From the NCBI GenBank assembly GCA_947630525.1, contig CANRHW010000001.1, positions 1-35,949 on the forward strand: DNA of 35,949 bases. Reading direction: 5' to 3'. Source of the stretch: an uncultured Clostridia bacterium. GTDB taxonomy: Bacteria > Bacillota > Clostridia > UMGS1883. The notes beneath the pieces are model-generated. The model was not told where the DNA came from and ran no database searches. It saw nothing but the letters and a program-made list of their open reading frames with translations. Position numbers and translations under genes: made by a program. The first letter of the stretch is position 1, and each line of letters begins with the position of its first letter. Positions 8,683 through 18,142 of this stretch are shown in pieces.

Positions 8683-8743
8683 CCCATGCGATATTGAGGC
8701 TCGTCAATTTGGCGCGGTCATTCCGCCGCCACCGATACGCCGG

Positions 8744-9916
8744 TTAGTCAATGGGCTCCTCCAGCTCGTCAAGCTCAACTATATTTCGGTAATGCCAGTC
8801 CATTCCGGCAAATTTGCCGTCCTCGCCAAAGGTTTCGCCCTCCGGGCAGACCAGCTCGCCGCGGTTGCTGAACAGCGGGCCGGTAAACACGTCGTTCCCG
8901 GCCAAAATATCGTTCCTGGCCTCTTTGACCGCGGCGGTGGTGCCCCGATTGCAGTTATGGTTCACGGGAGAAAGATCCGCCAGACCGTCGCTCATGCCGC
9001 CCACAAAGTTTTCATTTATCCAGTTTTCTTCGATTATATCCTTTACTGTCGCGGTATAATACAGTCCCCAGTTTATCACCGGCCCCTGAAGGCAGCTCTT
9101 CGGAGCCTCGTCATTCATGTCGGTAACATAGCCGCAGCACTGAACTCCGGCGGACGCGGCTTCCCGCTGGGGCGCGGAGGAATAAGTGTTCTGGGCGATG
9201 ACGTCGCAGCCCGCTTCGATAAGGCTGCGGGCCGTTTTGGCCTCGTCCTCAACGTCAAAGCGCTTGGCGACCTTACGCAGGTAAACGACCGCGTCGGGAT
9301 TTACCCGTTCAACGCCCATCGCGAAGGCGTTTATTTCGGCCAGGTCCCTTTCTTCCCCCTCATAGCCCACAAAGCCTATAACGTTGGCGTCGGTATTGTA
9401 ACCGGCCACCACGCCGCTGAGGTACTGGGTCTGATACATACGAACCACGTAACCGCTCATGTTGTTTTCATTATTTCGATTGCTCAGGGCATTACAGAAT
9501 ACTATATCGGGGTTTTTGTCGGCAAATTCCGCCATAATCGGGGCATATTCCCTGTGCGTGCCGAAAATAACTCTGCATCCGCTCTCAACGCAGGCGGCCA
9601 CGGCCTCCCTTATACGGCCGTTATTGTCAACGGGCACGTCGGTACGGCGGTCGATCTGCTCTTCGGACAGGCCCAGCGATTTGCGCATGGCCTCGATACC
9701 CTGAAAATGCGACCTGACATAGGCGTCTTCGGAGTCCTCGCCGTCGCTGAATATTACGCCGACACGGATGCCGCTCTCGCCGGAAACATCTACCACCGGT
9801 TTTTCGCCTGAAACGGGCCTGTTTTCCTTTTTACAGGCGGAAAAAGACAGTATCGCCAGTATCAAAAACAAAGCAAGAACCGTTCTTTTCACCCTTATAC
9901 ACACCTCTTTTTTCAT
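8744..9916 (-). CDS. BMP-family (PnrA/Med-like) substrate-binding lipoprotein with no adjacent ABC partners
   Basis: 390 aa. Lipobox LSFSAC. Body resembles basic-membrane-protein nucleoside-binding lipoproteins (IGFVGYEGE..., AQNTYS...). GTG 9892 (MKRTVLALFL...) with GAGGTG upstream is an alternative start. Confidence 0.75.
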   Translation of the reverse strand: MKKEVCIRVKRTVLALFLILAILSFSACKKENRPVSGEKPVVDVSGESGIRVGVIFSDGEDSEDAYVRSHFQGIEAMRKSLGLSEEQIDRRTDVPVDNNGRIREAVAACVESGCRVIFGTHREYAPIMAEFADKNPDIVFCNALSNRNNENNMSGYVVRMYQTQYLSGVVAGYNTDANVIGFVGYEGEERDLAEINAFAMGVERVNPDAVVYLRKVAKRFDVEDEAKTARSLIEAGCDVIAQNTYSSAPQREAASAGVQCCGYVTDMNDEAPKSCLQGPVINWGLYYTATVKDIIEENWINENFVGGMSDGLADLSPVNHNCNRGTTAAVKEARNDILAGNDVFTGPLFSNRGELVCPEGETFGEDGKFAGMDWHYRNIVELDELEEPID

Positions 9917-9960
9917 CCAACCTGTTTTGCATTCTTTCGGGGCTTTCCCCTTTTTATTTT

Positions 9961-9989
9961 ATTTTACATCAAATTTATAAATTTTACAA
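9961..9989 (-). promoter_or_regulatory. Candidate promoter of the BMP lipoprotein gene
   Basis: Minus strand: TTGTAA (9989-9984), 17-nt spacer, TAAAAT (9966-9961). It lies just downstream of the terminator at 10020-10049. Confidence 0.35.
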
Positions 9990-10019
9990 GATGTTTTTTT
10001 AAAATTTACAAAGGGGACG

Positions 10020-10049
10020 AAAAAAAGGGGGGGCCGTAATGCTCCCCCC
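10020..10049 (-). terminator. Rho-independent terminator ending the sigma/anti-sigma transcript and repeat copy 1
   Basis: Minus strand reads GGGGGG-AGCATTACGG-CCCCCCC followed by TTTTTTT. Confidence 0.7.
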
Positions 10050-10150
10050 AGACTGATGATAAGCCCCATGAACAATGGGGAAAGCTCGAAAGGGAACTCC
10101 CTTTCGATAAAAAGCATAAAATCTCGGGGAGTGTACCGAGATTTTATACC
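10049..10150. repeat. Structured intergenic repeat, copy 1 (two conserved hairpins)
   Basis: About 102 nt alignable with 11319-11421. The 74-75-nt core is about 90% identical by eye. It contains the perfect palindrome TCGAAAGGGA-AC-TCCCTTTCGA and the hairpin AAAATCTCGG/CCGAGATTTT. Confidence 0.8.
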
Positions 10151-10161
10151 TTAAGCACACG

Positions 10162-10746
10162 TCATCGACCGGACAATGCAAATTCACATTCCCATCCGCC
10201 GGTGACGCGCAGCGGCTGGTCGGCCTTGGAATAGCCCGCAAAGGCGTCGATCACCAGCATGTAGTCCCCGTCTCCGAGGCCGTCCGCCGGCAGGGCTATT
10301 ACCGCCTTTCCGCCGGATATCTCCGCTGGCCCGGCGCTGCCGCCGGCCATCGCTGCACCGGTCATGTCCACTATTTTATAGCTGTCTATGCCAAGGCTGT
10401 CAAATTCTTTGTAGGGCGCCATATCGGGCTCGACCATCGCCGCGGTGACGGCGAGGCCGTTTTCGGCCGAGACGCTGACCTCTATTTCCTCCGAGGCATT
10501 TTCGTAGACGGAGCCTACCACGGTTCCTTTCCAATCCTTTACGTCCTTAAAAAGGCCGGCCCGGCCTGCGGCAAGCGCGGCGCCAAAGCACGTCAGCACG
10601 GCTATGGCCGCGGCTATGAGCGCCGGCCTTACGCCGCGCGGCTTTTTTGCCGGCGCGGCCTCCGTTGCCCGGCGTATTATTCGTTCCTTCATTTCATCGG
10701 TCATTTTTATTTTTTTAGCGCTTTCTTTCAATTTTTCAAGTCTCAT
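10162..10746 (-). CDS. Anti-sigma-factor-like single-pass membrane protein
   Basis: 194 aa. Short cytoplasmic N-terminus (MTDEMKERIIRRATEAA), one TM helix (PALIAAAIAVLTCFGAALAAG) and an extracytoplasmic domain. Its start directly abuts the stop of the ECF sigma gene. Confidence 0.65.
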   Translation of the reverse strand: MRLEKLKESAKKIKMTDEMKERIIRRATEAAPAKKPRGVRPALIAAAIAVLTCFGAALAAGRAGLFKDVKDWKGTVVGSVYENASEEIEVSVSAENGLAVTAAMVEPDMAPYKEFDSLGIDSYKIVDMTGAAMAGGSAGPAEISGGKAVIALPADGLGDGDYMLVIDAFAGYSKADQPLRVTGGWECEFALSGR

Positions 10747-11232
10747 TTACATATACTCCTCTCTGTATTTTTTCTCCAACAGCTCGCGCCCTTTTTTCAG
10801 GCGCATTTTCACCGCGGACGGCGTGACGCGCAGCGCCCGGGCAATGTCGCCCACACGCAGCTCCTCCACATAATGCAGCGTCAGCGCAAGGCGGTATTTT
10901 TCCGGCAGGGACATGAGCGCTTCAAGTATGCCGCTGTCTCCATCCGGGGGCCCGGCGGACAAGGTTTCAAGATATTCCGTGTCCGGCTGCGGATGCCTCG
11001 ACCTGAAGCGAAGCATATCCCGGCATTTGTTTTTTGCGGTGGTTATGAGCCAGGCCTTTTCGTGTCCGGCGTTTTCAAAGTCCGGCGCCTTTTGTATATA
11101 GCTTATCATCACGTCCTGCACGGCGTCCTCCGCGTCGGCCCTTGCGCCGAGCATTATAAAGCACAGACGGAAAAGCATATCGCCGTAGTCGCGCACGGCC
11201 GCCTCGGCTCTTTCGGCCCTCGATCGTTCCAT
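10747..11232 (-). CDS. ECF-type RNA polymerase sigma factor (sigma-70 family, group 4)
   Basis: 161 aa. Region 2 (ADAEDAVQDVMISYIQK, HEKAWLITTAKNKCRDMLR) and region 4 HTH (LPEKYRLALTLHYVEELRVGDIARALRVTPSAVKMRLKKGRELL). Confidence 0.9.
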   Translation of the reverse strand: MERSRAERAEAAVRDYGDMLFRLCFIMLGARADAEDAVQDVMISYIQKAPDFENAGHEKAWLITTAKNKCRDMLRFRSRHPQPDTEYLETLSAGPPDGDSGILEALMSLPEKYRLALTLHYVEELRVGDIARALRVTPSAVKMRLKKGRELLEKKYREEYM

Positions 11233-11295
11233 TGTATCGGCCTCCTTTCACTTATAACACGTTCCGCAGGGCTTTTTGGTCAATTTTTTTACAAA

Positions 11296-11318
11296 TAAAA
11301 AACGGCCCGTCAGGCCGT
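11296..11318 (-). terminator. Rho-independent terminator ending the purF transcript and repeat copy 2
   Basis: Minus strand: ACGGCC-TGACG-GGCCGT followed by TTTTTTATTTG. Confidence 0.6.
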
Positions 11319-11421
11319 CAGACTACTGACAAACCCTATTTACTATGGGGATAGCTCGAAAGGGAACTCCCTTTCGATAAAAAACATAAAATCCCGGGGC
11401 GTGTACCCGGGATTTTATACT
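11319..11421. repeat. Structured intergenic repeat, copy 2
   Basis: Same orientation as copy 1 and the same TCGAAAGGGAACTCCCTTTCGA palindrome. The second hairpin is AAAATCCCGGG/CCCGGGATTTT, which carries a compensatory T-A to C-G change relative to copy 1. Confidence 0.8.
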
Positions 11422-11479
11422 ATAATCGGGGTAGAAAATTTGTCCGCAGACAAATTTTCGTAATCGCAAGCGCTGCCCG

Positions 11480-12919
11480 TCAGTACCCGCGCTCGTTTCG
11501 TATCTTATCATAGGGAACGGGCATGGGGTATTTGCCGGTAAAGCAAGCGTCGCACCAGCCGGTTTTTGCGTCGGGTATCATTTCGCCCAAGGTCTCGACC
11601 GGCAGATAACCGAGACTGTCCGCGCCTATAATAGACTTTACGTCGTCCATGCTCCGCCGCCAGGCGACCAACAGCTCCTGAGAGGGCACGTCGGTGCCAA
11701 AGTAACAGGGGTACAGGAAGGGCGGCGAGGCGAAGCGCATATGAACCTCCTTTGCGCCGGCGTCGCGCATCATGCCAACTATTCGGCGGCAGGTGGTTCC
11801 CCGAACCATGGAGTCGTCTATCATGACCACGCGTTTGCCCTCGACAATATGGCGCAGGGGATTAAGTTTGAGCCGGACGCTGCGCTCCCGCATTTCCTGA
11901 CTGGGCTGTATAAAGGTTCGGCCCATATAGCGGTTGCGTATCATGCCGTGCTCATAGGTTATGCCCGATTCCTCGCTGTAACCTATAGCCGCGTCGAGGC
12001 CGCTGTCCGGCACGCCCACCACAATATCCGCGTCGGCGGGGCAATATCTGGCCAGCAGGCGGCCGGCGTTTTTCCGGGCCTCATAGACGCTCATACCGGC
12101 TATACGGCTGTCCGGCCGGGCAATGTAGATATATTCAAAAATGCACATTCTGGGCTGTACGGCCCGGCAGTTATCCTTAAAGGACAGCAGGCCGCGCTCC
12201 CTGTCGCAGACAACGACCTCGCCGGGCTCTACGTCCCGCACAAACTCGGCCCCCACGGCGTCAAGGGCGCAAGTCTCGCTGGCGAACACCCAGGAATTGC
12301 CGATTTTACCGATAGAAAGCGGGCGCAGGCCGTAAACGTCCCTGGCGGCAATGAGCTTCCGCGGGCTCATTACCAGCAGAGAGTACGCGCCGTGGATGCG
12401 CGGTATACTGCGCACCACGGCTTCTTCCACGCTCTTGCTGCCCAGACGTTCGCCCGCGATAACATAGGCAATGGCCTCAGAATCTATAGTGGTCTGAAAT
12501 ATGAGCCCCCTCTGCTCGAACTGCTCCCGCAGCTCGTCGCCGTTGGTAAGATTGCCGTTGTGAGCAATGGCCAGAGCGCCCTTAACATACTTGGTAACAA
12601 GGGGCTGCGCGTTTTCGCGCCGGCTTTCGCCGGTAGTGGAATAGCGGACGTGGCCAATAGCCATCTCGCCTTTGAGCTGGCTCAGCACGTCGCTTGTAAA
12701 GACCTCGTTCACCAGGCCCATGTTTTTGTAGTGCTTTATGTCCCGATTTTGGCTGACCGCTATGCCGCAGCTTTCCTGTCCCCTATGTTGTAAGGAAAAC
12801 AAGCCGTAATAGGTAAGCTGGGCCACGTCCAAACCGTCGTTATCGAAAATTCCGAAGACGCCGCACTCCTCCTTGGGCTTATGGCTGTCTGTACAAGGTC
12901 CTCCGTTAAAAGCAGACAC
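11480..12919 (-). CDS. purF: Amidophosphoribosyltransferase
   Basis: 479 aa. Propeptide then ECGVFGIF (N-terminal nucleophile Cys), the PRTase motif VVMIDDSMVRGTT and C-terminal cluster cysteines (WCDACFTGKYP). GTG start directly follows the purC stop. Confidence 0.95.
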   Translation of the reverse strand: MSAFNGGPCTDSHKPKEECGVFGIFDNDGLDVAQLTYYGLFSLQHRGQESCGIAVSQNRDIKHYKNMGLVNEVFTSDVLSQLKGEMAIGHVRYSTTGESRRENAQPLVTKYVKGALAIAHNGNLTNGDELREQFEQRGLIFQTTIDSEAIAYVIAGERLGSKSVEEAVVRSIPRIHGAYSLLVMSPRKLIAARDVYGLRPLSIGKIGNSWVFASETCALDAVGAEFVRDVEPGEVVVCDRERGLLSFKDNCRAVQPRMCIFEYIYIARPDSRIAGMSVYEARKNAGRLLARYCPADADIVVGVPDSGLDAAIGYSEESGITYEHGMIRNRYMGRTFIQPSQEMRERSVRLKLNPLRHIVEGKRVVMIDDSMVRGTTCRRIVGMMRDAGAKEVHMRFASPPFLYPCYFGTDVPSQELLVAWRRSMDDVKSIIGADSLGYLPVETLGEMIPDAKTGWCDACFTGKYPMPVPYDKIRNERGY

Positions 12920-13621
12920 TTACAGGCCCAGGCGCTTGAATACCTCGGCATAGGCGCCCTCAACGCCGCCCATATCCCGACGGAAGCGGTCCTTGTCCAG
13001 CTTTTCGTTAGTGTCGGCGTCCCAAAGGCGGCAGGTATCGGGAGATATCTCGTCCGCAAGGATTATCTGGCCGTGATAGCGGCCGAACTCTATCTTAAAG
13101 TCGATGAGCTTGATGTTAAGCTCCTTAAAGAAATCGATAAGGGCCTGATTAACTTTAAAGGTCAAATCGGTTATGGCGGCTATCTCTTCCTTTGTGGCAA
13201 GGCCCAGAGCGTAAATCTGATAATCGTTTATCATGGGGTCGCCAAGGTCGTCGTTCTTGTAGCAGAATTCCAGGGTGGGGCTGAGCAGGGCCTTGCCCTC
13301 CTCCACGCCAAAGCGCTTGGAAAAACTGCCCGCGGCCACATTGCGCACAATGACCTCCAGGGGAACTATCTCCACCTTTTTAACAAGGGTCTCGCGGTCG
13401 CTGAGCTCCTCGACAAGGTGAGTGGGGATGCCCTTTTTCTCCAGCATTTTGAATATAAGGTTGGTCATGCGGTTATTTACGACGCCCTTGTTTTCAATGC
13501 TGCCCTTTTTAAGGCCGTTAAACGCCGTGGCGTCGTCCTTGTAATCCACTATGAGCTGATCCTCGTTGTCCGTGAGCCAAACCTTTTTGGCCTTGCCCTC
13601 GTAAAGCATTTCCTTTTTCAT
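12920..13621 (-). CDS. purC: Phosphoribosylaminoimidazole-succinocarboxamide (SAICAR) synthase
   Basis: The track ORF extends to 13705. I prefer ATG 13621 ([14 protein letters not shown]...) because GGAGG lies 8 nt upstream and the resulting 233 aa fits PurC. Confidence 0.9.
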   Translation of the reverse strand: MKKEMLYEGKAKKVWLTDNEDQLIVDYKDDATAFNGLKKGSIENKGVVNNRMTNLIFKMLEKKGIPTHLVEELSDRETLVKKVEIVPLEVIVRNVAAGSFSKRFGVEEGKALLSPTLEFCYKNDDLGDPMINDYQIYALGLATKEEIAAITDLTFKVNQALIDFFKELNIKLIDFKIEFGRYHGQIILADEISPDTCRLWDADTNEKLDKDRFRRDMGGVEGAYAEVFKRLGL

Positions 13622-13701
13622 GATTGTGACCTCCGTATAATAAATTTTAAATTGTGTTTTTTTCAAGCTCGCATATTTTTGCGACAACTTTTCTGTCCCT
13701 T

Positions 13702-14004
13702 TCATCCATATATAACTACCCCACTGCTTTTTATTTCCCTGTCTACTCTGGACTCCGGGCGTATCTGGCTTATATCCAGCAAATCGACCTCGTTTTCCAA
13801 GGCCGTGGAAACATCTTCCAGCAAGCCATAAAACGCCAGTCCACGCAGTCCGCTGTCCACAAGGATATCAATATCGCTTTTGGCCCGAGCAGTTCCTTTG
13901 GCATAAGAGCCGAACAGGACGGCCCGGCGCACATGGTGGGCCTCAAAGACAGGACTTAGGATGTCTTTTATTTGATTTACAGTGTAGGCGGCTTCCATCC
14001 TCAC
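13702..14004 (-). CDS. Minimal nucleotidyltransferase (MNT/MntA-like, Pol-beta superfamily), solitary
   Basis: 100 aa. [21 protein letters not shown] carries the GS...DxD nucleotidyltransferase motif. RBS GAGGTGAGG lies before ATG 14004. Confidence 0.85.
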   Translation of the reverse strand: MRMEAAYTVNQIKDILSPVFEAHHVRRAVLFGSYAKGTARAKSDIDILVDSGLRGLAFYGLLEDVSTALENEVDLLDISQIRPESRVDREIKSSGVVIYG

Positions 14005-14014
14005 CTCAAATCAA

Positions 14015-15234
14015 TTACTTTCCGAAAACCTTTTTTATCCTCTCAATGGCCTCGGCCGTAGCCTCCGCCGTGCCGAAGCCCGTCAAGCGGAAATAGCCCT
14101 CGCCGCTGGGGCCAAAGCCGCTGCCCGGAGTGCCGACCACATTGGCCTTATCCAGAAGCTCGTCAAAGAAATCCCAGCTTGTCATGCCCTCCGGCACCTT
14201 TAGCCATACATAGGGCGAATTTACGCCGCCGCTGACGCTGAAACCGGCCTGAGCCAGACCCTCGCGGATAATGCGGGCGTTATTCATGTAAAAGTCCACC
14301 AGTTCTCTTACCTGAGCCTTGCCCTCGGGGCTGTACACCGCCTCCGCGCCGCGCTGGACTATGTAGGGCACACCGTTGAACTTGGTGGTATGGCGCCTGT
14401 TCCAGAGAGAAGCCACGCTCACCTCGCCGACTTTAAGCTCCTTGGGGATAACCGTAAAGGCGCAGCGGGTGCCGGTAAAGCCGGCGTTTTTGCTGAAAGA
14501 ACGGAACTCGATGGCGCACTCTTTCGCGCCCTCAATCTCAAATATGCTGTGGGGCAAATCCTCGGTGATATAGGCCTCGTATGCGGCGTCGTAGAGAATA
14601 ACGGCCCCATTCGTCCGGGCGTATTCCACCCATTTTCTCAGCTCTTCATAGCCTATGGCCGCGCCGGAGGGATTGTTGGGGAAGCAAAGGTAGATTATAT
14701 CCGGCGTCCGCTCGGGGAGCTGGGCATAAAGCCGTTCTCCTCCAGGCAGGGCATATACACGAGATTTGTCCACATGCCGGTGCTTTCGTCATAGTCGCCC
14801 GCCCGGCCCGCCATGGCGTTGGTATCCACATAAACGGGATAAACGGGGTCGCATACGGCCACCACGTTGTCCACGCCGAAGATATCGCCGATGTTGCCGC
14901 AATCGCTCTTGGCTCCGTCCGAAACGAAAATCTCGTCGGGCGAAATATCCACGCCCCTGGCCTTGTAATCGTTTTCGGCAATGGCGTTCCTCAGGAAGTC
15001 GTAGCCCTGTTCGGGGCCGTAGCCCCTGAAAGTCTCCGCCGCGCCCATCTCGTCAACGGCTTTGTGCATGGCCTCGATAACGGCCTTTGGCAGCGGACGG
15101 GTCACGTCGCCTATGCCTAGGCGTATTATTTTGCTGTCCGGGTGGGCGGCGGAATACTCGTTCACCTTTTTGGCTATGGTGCTGAAAAGATAGCTGCCCG
15201 GCAGCTTAAGGTAATTTTCGTTAATTCTGACCAT
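14015..15234 (-). pseudogene. dapL: LL-diaminopimelate aminotransferase (DapL-type class I aminotransferase) with its reading frame broken by an apparent 1-nt deletion in a G-run
   Basis: Two overlapping track ORFs (14695..15234 and 14015..14773) encode the N- and C-terminal parts of one aminotransferase (...[15 protein letters not shown] | [17 protein letters not shown]...; [13 protein letters not shown]-lysine motif). One extra G in GGGG 14714-14717 would restore a continuous frame. Confidence 0.8.
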
Positions 15235-15274
15235 ATAAAATCTCCATTCCTTTTTGTTTATTTTACAGGCGCGG

Positions 15275-16111
15275 TTACCTGTAGTCCACTTCGGCGGCGA
15301 AGACTTCCGTTGCGGGGCCGGTCATGAACACGCGGTTGGTCTTTTCGTCCCACTGGATGAACAGGTCGCCGCCGCGGAGCTTTACCGTCACTTCGCGGTC
15401 GCAGAGGCCGTTAAGCACAGTTGAGACCGCCACCGCGCAAGCGCCGGTGCCACAGGCCCAGGTCTCGCCCGCGCCCCGCTCCCATACCCGCATACGCAGG
15501 GTCTTGCGGTCAATGACCTTGACGAACTCCGTATTGGTCTTGCGAGGGAACTTTTCGTGAGTTTCAAAATGGGGGCCTATTTTTTCTATATCCAGTCCCT
15601 CCACGTCGTCTATATAGACCACGGCGTGAGGGTTGCCCATAGAAACGCAGGTCACCTTATAATCCGCGCCCTGTACGGTTATGGGCCGGGATACCGCCAT
15701 ATCGTCATCAAAGCCGCAGGGTACCAGCTCCGGCTTTAGTATAGGTTCGCCCATATCCACGCGGACGGCGGCGACCTTGCCGTTCTCAACAGCGAGCTTC
15801 AGGTACTTTATACCGGCAAGGGTGGCTATGCTTATTTCCGTCTTGTCAGTCAGGCCGTGGTCGTAAACGTACTTGCCCACGCAGCGAATGGCATTGCCGC
15901 ACATTTCCGCGCGGGAACCGTCGCTGTTGTACATATCCATCTCAAAATCCGCAGTATCCGAGGGCTTTATGAGAACAAGGCCGTCGCTGCCCACCCAGAA
16001 ATGCCGGTCGCTGAGGTCCTTTGCCGCCCGGTGAGGGTCGGCGACGGTTTCCTCAAAACAGTTTACATAAATGTAGTCGTTGCCAATGCCGTGCATCTTT
16101 GTTATTTTCAC
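15275..16111 (-). CDS. dapF: Diaminopimelate epimerase
   Basis: 278 aa. [11 protein letters not shown], plus both catalytic Cys contexts ([18 protein letters not shown]). Confidence 0.95.
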   Translation of the reverse strand: MKITKMHGIGNDYIYVNCFEETVADPHRAAKDLSDRHFWVGSDGLVLIKPSDTADFEMDMYNSDGSRAEMCGNAIRCVGKYVYDHGLTDKTEISIATLAGIKYLKLAVENGKVAAVRVDMGEPILKPELVPCGFDDDMAVSRPITVQGADYKVTCVSMGNPHAVVYIDDVEGLDIEKIGPHFETHEKFPRKTNTEFVKVIDRKTLRMRVWERGAGETWACGTGACAVAVSTVLNGLCDREVTVKLRGGDLFIQWDEKTNRVFMTGPATEVFAAEVDYR

Positions 16112-16125
16112 AAAGCTCCACTCCC

Positions 16126-16686
16126 TTAATATACTATCTCGCCCGCCAATATTGCCTTGGCGGTATCTATCATTTTGCTGCCGTTGTTCATGCTCACCCG
16201 CTGGATAAAGCGGTGGGCCTGGTCCTCGGTCATGTTGTTCTGATCCATCAGCAGCTCTTTAGCCCTTGTTATAGTCTGTTTATCCTCATCGCTCCGGCCG
16301 GGGCGCTTATCCTCGCCGCTCTTTTTCGAGCTGGGCCGGTCGTTTATCATTATAACAGTTTTCAGTGTATCCAAAAGCGCGGTCCGGCTGACCGGCAAAT
16401 TCACGCTCTGTATGCCGTAGGGAATATCCACGGAGCCGGCCTGGTTCTGGGCCAGCAACACCATCATCCCCACGCCGGCGGGCAGATTTTCGTACAGTTC
16501 GGCCGCCGTGGTATCCTTTAGTCTGTAGCCGCAGACCACCGCCGATGCGGAAGCCCATTCCATCATGCGCAGGACCTCCGCCCCGCCGGAGCAAACTCCG
16601 CTCACACCGTAGCCGCCAAGCTGGACCACCCTGCGGATAGTCTCAGCCGCTTCGGGATTCTGAAAAGCAATTATCACACTTTTCAT
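16126..16686 (-). CDS. ANTAR-domain RNA-binding regulator with a receiver-like N-terminal domain
   Basis: The track ORF starts at 16710. ATG 16686 (MKSVIIAF...) has GGGGAG 9 nt upstream. The C-terminal [39 protein letters not shown] matches the ANTAR helices. Confidence 0.8.
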   Translation of the reverse strand: MKSVIIAFQNPEAAETIRRVVQLGGYGVSGVCSGGAEVLRMMEWASASAVVCGYRLKDTTAAELYENLPAGVGMMVLLAQNQAGSVDIPYGIQSVNLPVSRTALLDTLKTVIMINDRPSSKKSGEDKRPGRSDEDKQTITRAKELLMDQNNMTEDQAHRFIQRVSMNNGSKMIDTAKAILAGEIVY

Positions 16687-16730
16687 CAGCTTTGCTCCCC
16701 TCTCAAACATCTCGCCATAAGAGGAGGCGC

Positions 16731-18065
16731 TCAGAATTTGCCCAGATATTTGTCAAGCTCCCAGCGGGTGACCTGGGTGCGGTACTCGTCCCATTCCGCC
16801 CTTTTTGCCCGGGCGTAGTAATCGAACAGGCCGTCGCCCAAAGCCTCGCGCACAAGGCCGTCGCTTTCCATCGCGTTAAGGGCGGCCTCCAGCGTGCCGG
16901 GCAGGCTCTCGATGCCCATGCTGAGGCGCTGCTCGTCGCTGAGGCCGAAGATGGAAACGTTCACGCTCTCCGGCGGGGCAACGCGCTCCCTTATTCCTTC
17001 AAGGCCGGCTTTGAGAATGGCCGCCAGGGCCAGATACGGGTTACAGGTGGGATCGGGGCAGCGAAGCTCGACCCTTGTGCCCATACCCCTTGCCGCGGGT
17101 ATGCGTATGAGGGTGCTGCGGTTGGAAACGCTCCAGGATATGTAGCACGGGGCTTCATAACCGGGCACCAGCCGCTTGTATGAATTAACCGTCGGATTGG
17201 TCACCGCGGTTATGCCCTTGATATGCCTGAGCACGCCGCCGATAAAGCTGTATGCCAGCTCGCTGAGCCCGTCGGCGCTGCCGGCGTCGTAAAAAGCGTT
17301 GCCGCCCTTACCGTTCATAAGACTCATATTGGTGTGCATACCGCTGCCGTTTATGCCAAGGATGGGCTTGGGCATAAAGGTGGCGTGGAGGCCGTGGCGC
17401 TGGGCAATGGACTTGACCACCAGTTTAAAGGTGATAATATTGTCCGCGGTGCGCAGTGCGTCGTCGTATTTAAAGTCTATTTCGTGCTGGCCGGGGGCCA
17501 CCTCGTGATGAGAGGCCTCTATCTCAAAGCCCATTTCTTCTAACGTCTGGATAATATCCCGGCGGCAGTTTTCGCCCCCGTCGATGGGCGCCAGGTCAAA
17601 GTAGCCGCCCTCGTCGTTGGTTTTGACGGTGGGCCGGCCCTCCTCGTCGGTATGGAACAGAAAGAATTCACACTCCGGGCCCACGTTGAACGTATAGCCC
17701 ATGTCGGCGGCCTCTTTAATGGCCTTTTTCAGCACGTACCGCGGGTCGCCCTCAAAGGGTGTGCCGTCGGCCTTATAAACGTCGCAGATAAGGCGGGCCA
17801 CCTTGCCCTGCTGTGGCCGCCAGGGGAATATCGCAAAGGAATCCAGGTCGGGGTGCAGATACATATCCGACTGCTCGATGCTGACAAAACCGTCGATGGA
17901 CGAGCCGTCAAACATACACTGGTTTTCGAGAGCCTTTTTAAGCTGACTCTTCGTAACGGCCATATTTTTAAGCTGCCCGAAAATATCGGTAAATTGGAGG
18001 CGAATAAATTTTACGTCATTTTCCTCCACAAGTCTGATGATGTCGCTTTTGGTGTATTTGCTCAT
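16731..18065 (-). CDS. glnA: Glutamine synthetase, type I
   Basis: The track ORF extends to 18137. ATG 18065 ([30 protein letters not shown]...) has GGAGG 9 nt upstream and gives 444 aa, which is typical of GS-I. Confidence 0.95.
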   Translation of the reverse strand: MSKYTKSDIIRLVEENDVKFIRLQFTDIFGQLKNMAVTKSQLKKALENQCMFDGSSIDGFVSIEQSDMYLHPDLDSFAIFPWRPQQGKVARLICDVYKADGTPFEGDPRYVLKKAIKEAADMGYTFNVGPECEFFLFHTDEEGRPTVKTNDEGGYFDLAPIDGGENCRRDIIQTLEEMGFEIEASHHEVAPGQHEIDFKYDDALRTADNIITFKLVVKSIAQRHGLHATFMPKPILGINGSGMHTNMSLMNGKGGNAFYDAGSADGLSELAYSFIGGVLRHIKGITAVTNPTVNSYKRLVPGYEAPCYISWSVSNRSTLIRIPAARGMGTRVELRCPDPTCNPYLALAAILKAGLEGIRERVAPPESVNVSIFGLSDEQRLSMGIESLPGTLEAALNAMESDGLVREALGDGLFDYYARAKRAEWDEYRTQVTRWELDKYLGKF

Positions 18066-18142
18066 TTGATTAACCTCCCCACGCGCCCGGGACCGTCCCT
18101 GGGCCGTGAATAGCCGAAAGGCCCCTTTGCCCTTCACGTAAT

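Noticed and set aside
9999-11511. Minus-strand ORFs 9999..10241 and 11323..11511, which share the peptide ...FY.FYRKGVPFRA.PIV...
   Set aside because: The shared peptide is just the translation of the nucleotide repeat. Both ORFs run across hairpins and terminators and lack RBSs. I treat them as a non-coding repeat instead.
3439-18137. N-terminal extensions given by the ORF track for the DUF4430 gene (3489), purC (13705), the ANTAR regulator (16710) and glnA (18137); the same applies to the PqqD gene (28622), which lies outside this interval
   Set aside because: In each case an internal ATG preceded by GGAGG-like sequence at 6-9 nt gives the family-typical N-terminus. The extensions are unconserved-looking and lack RBSs.
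18066-18142. glnA leader as a glutamine riboswitch, T-box or ANTAR target
   Set aside because: I could not find the conserved glnA-motif core, a specifier/T-box sequence, or two tandem hexaloop hairpins. Only a generic hairpin is present.
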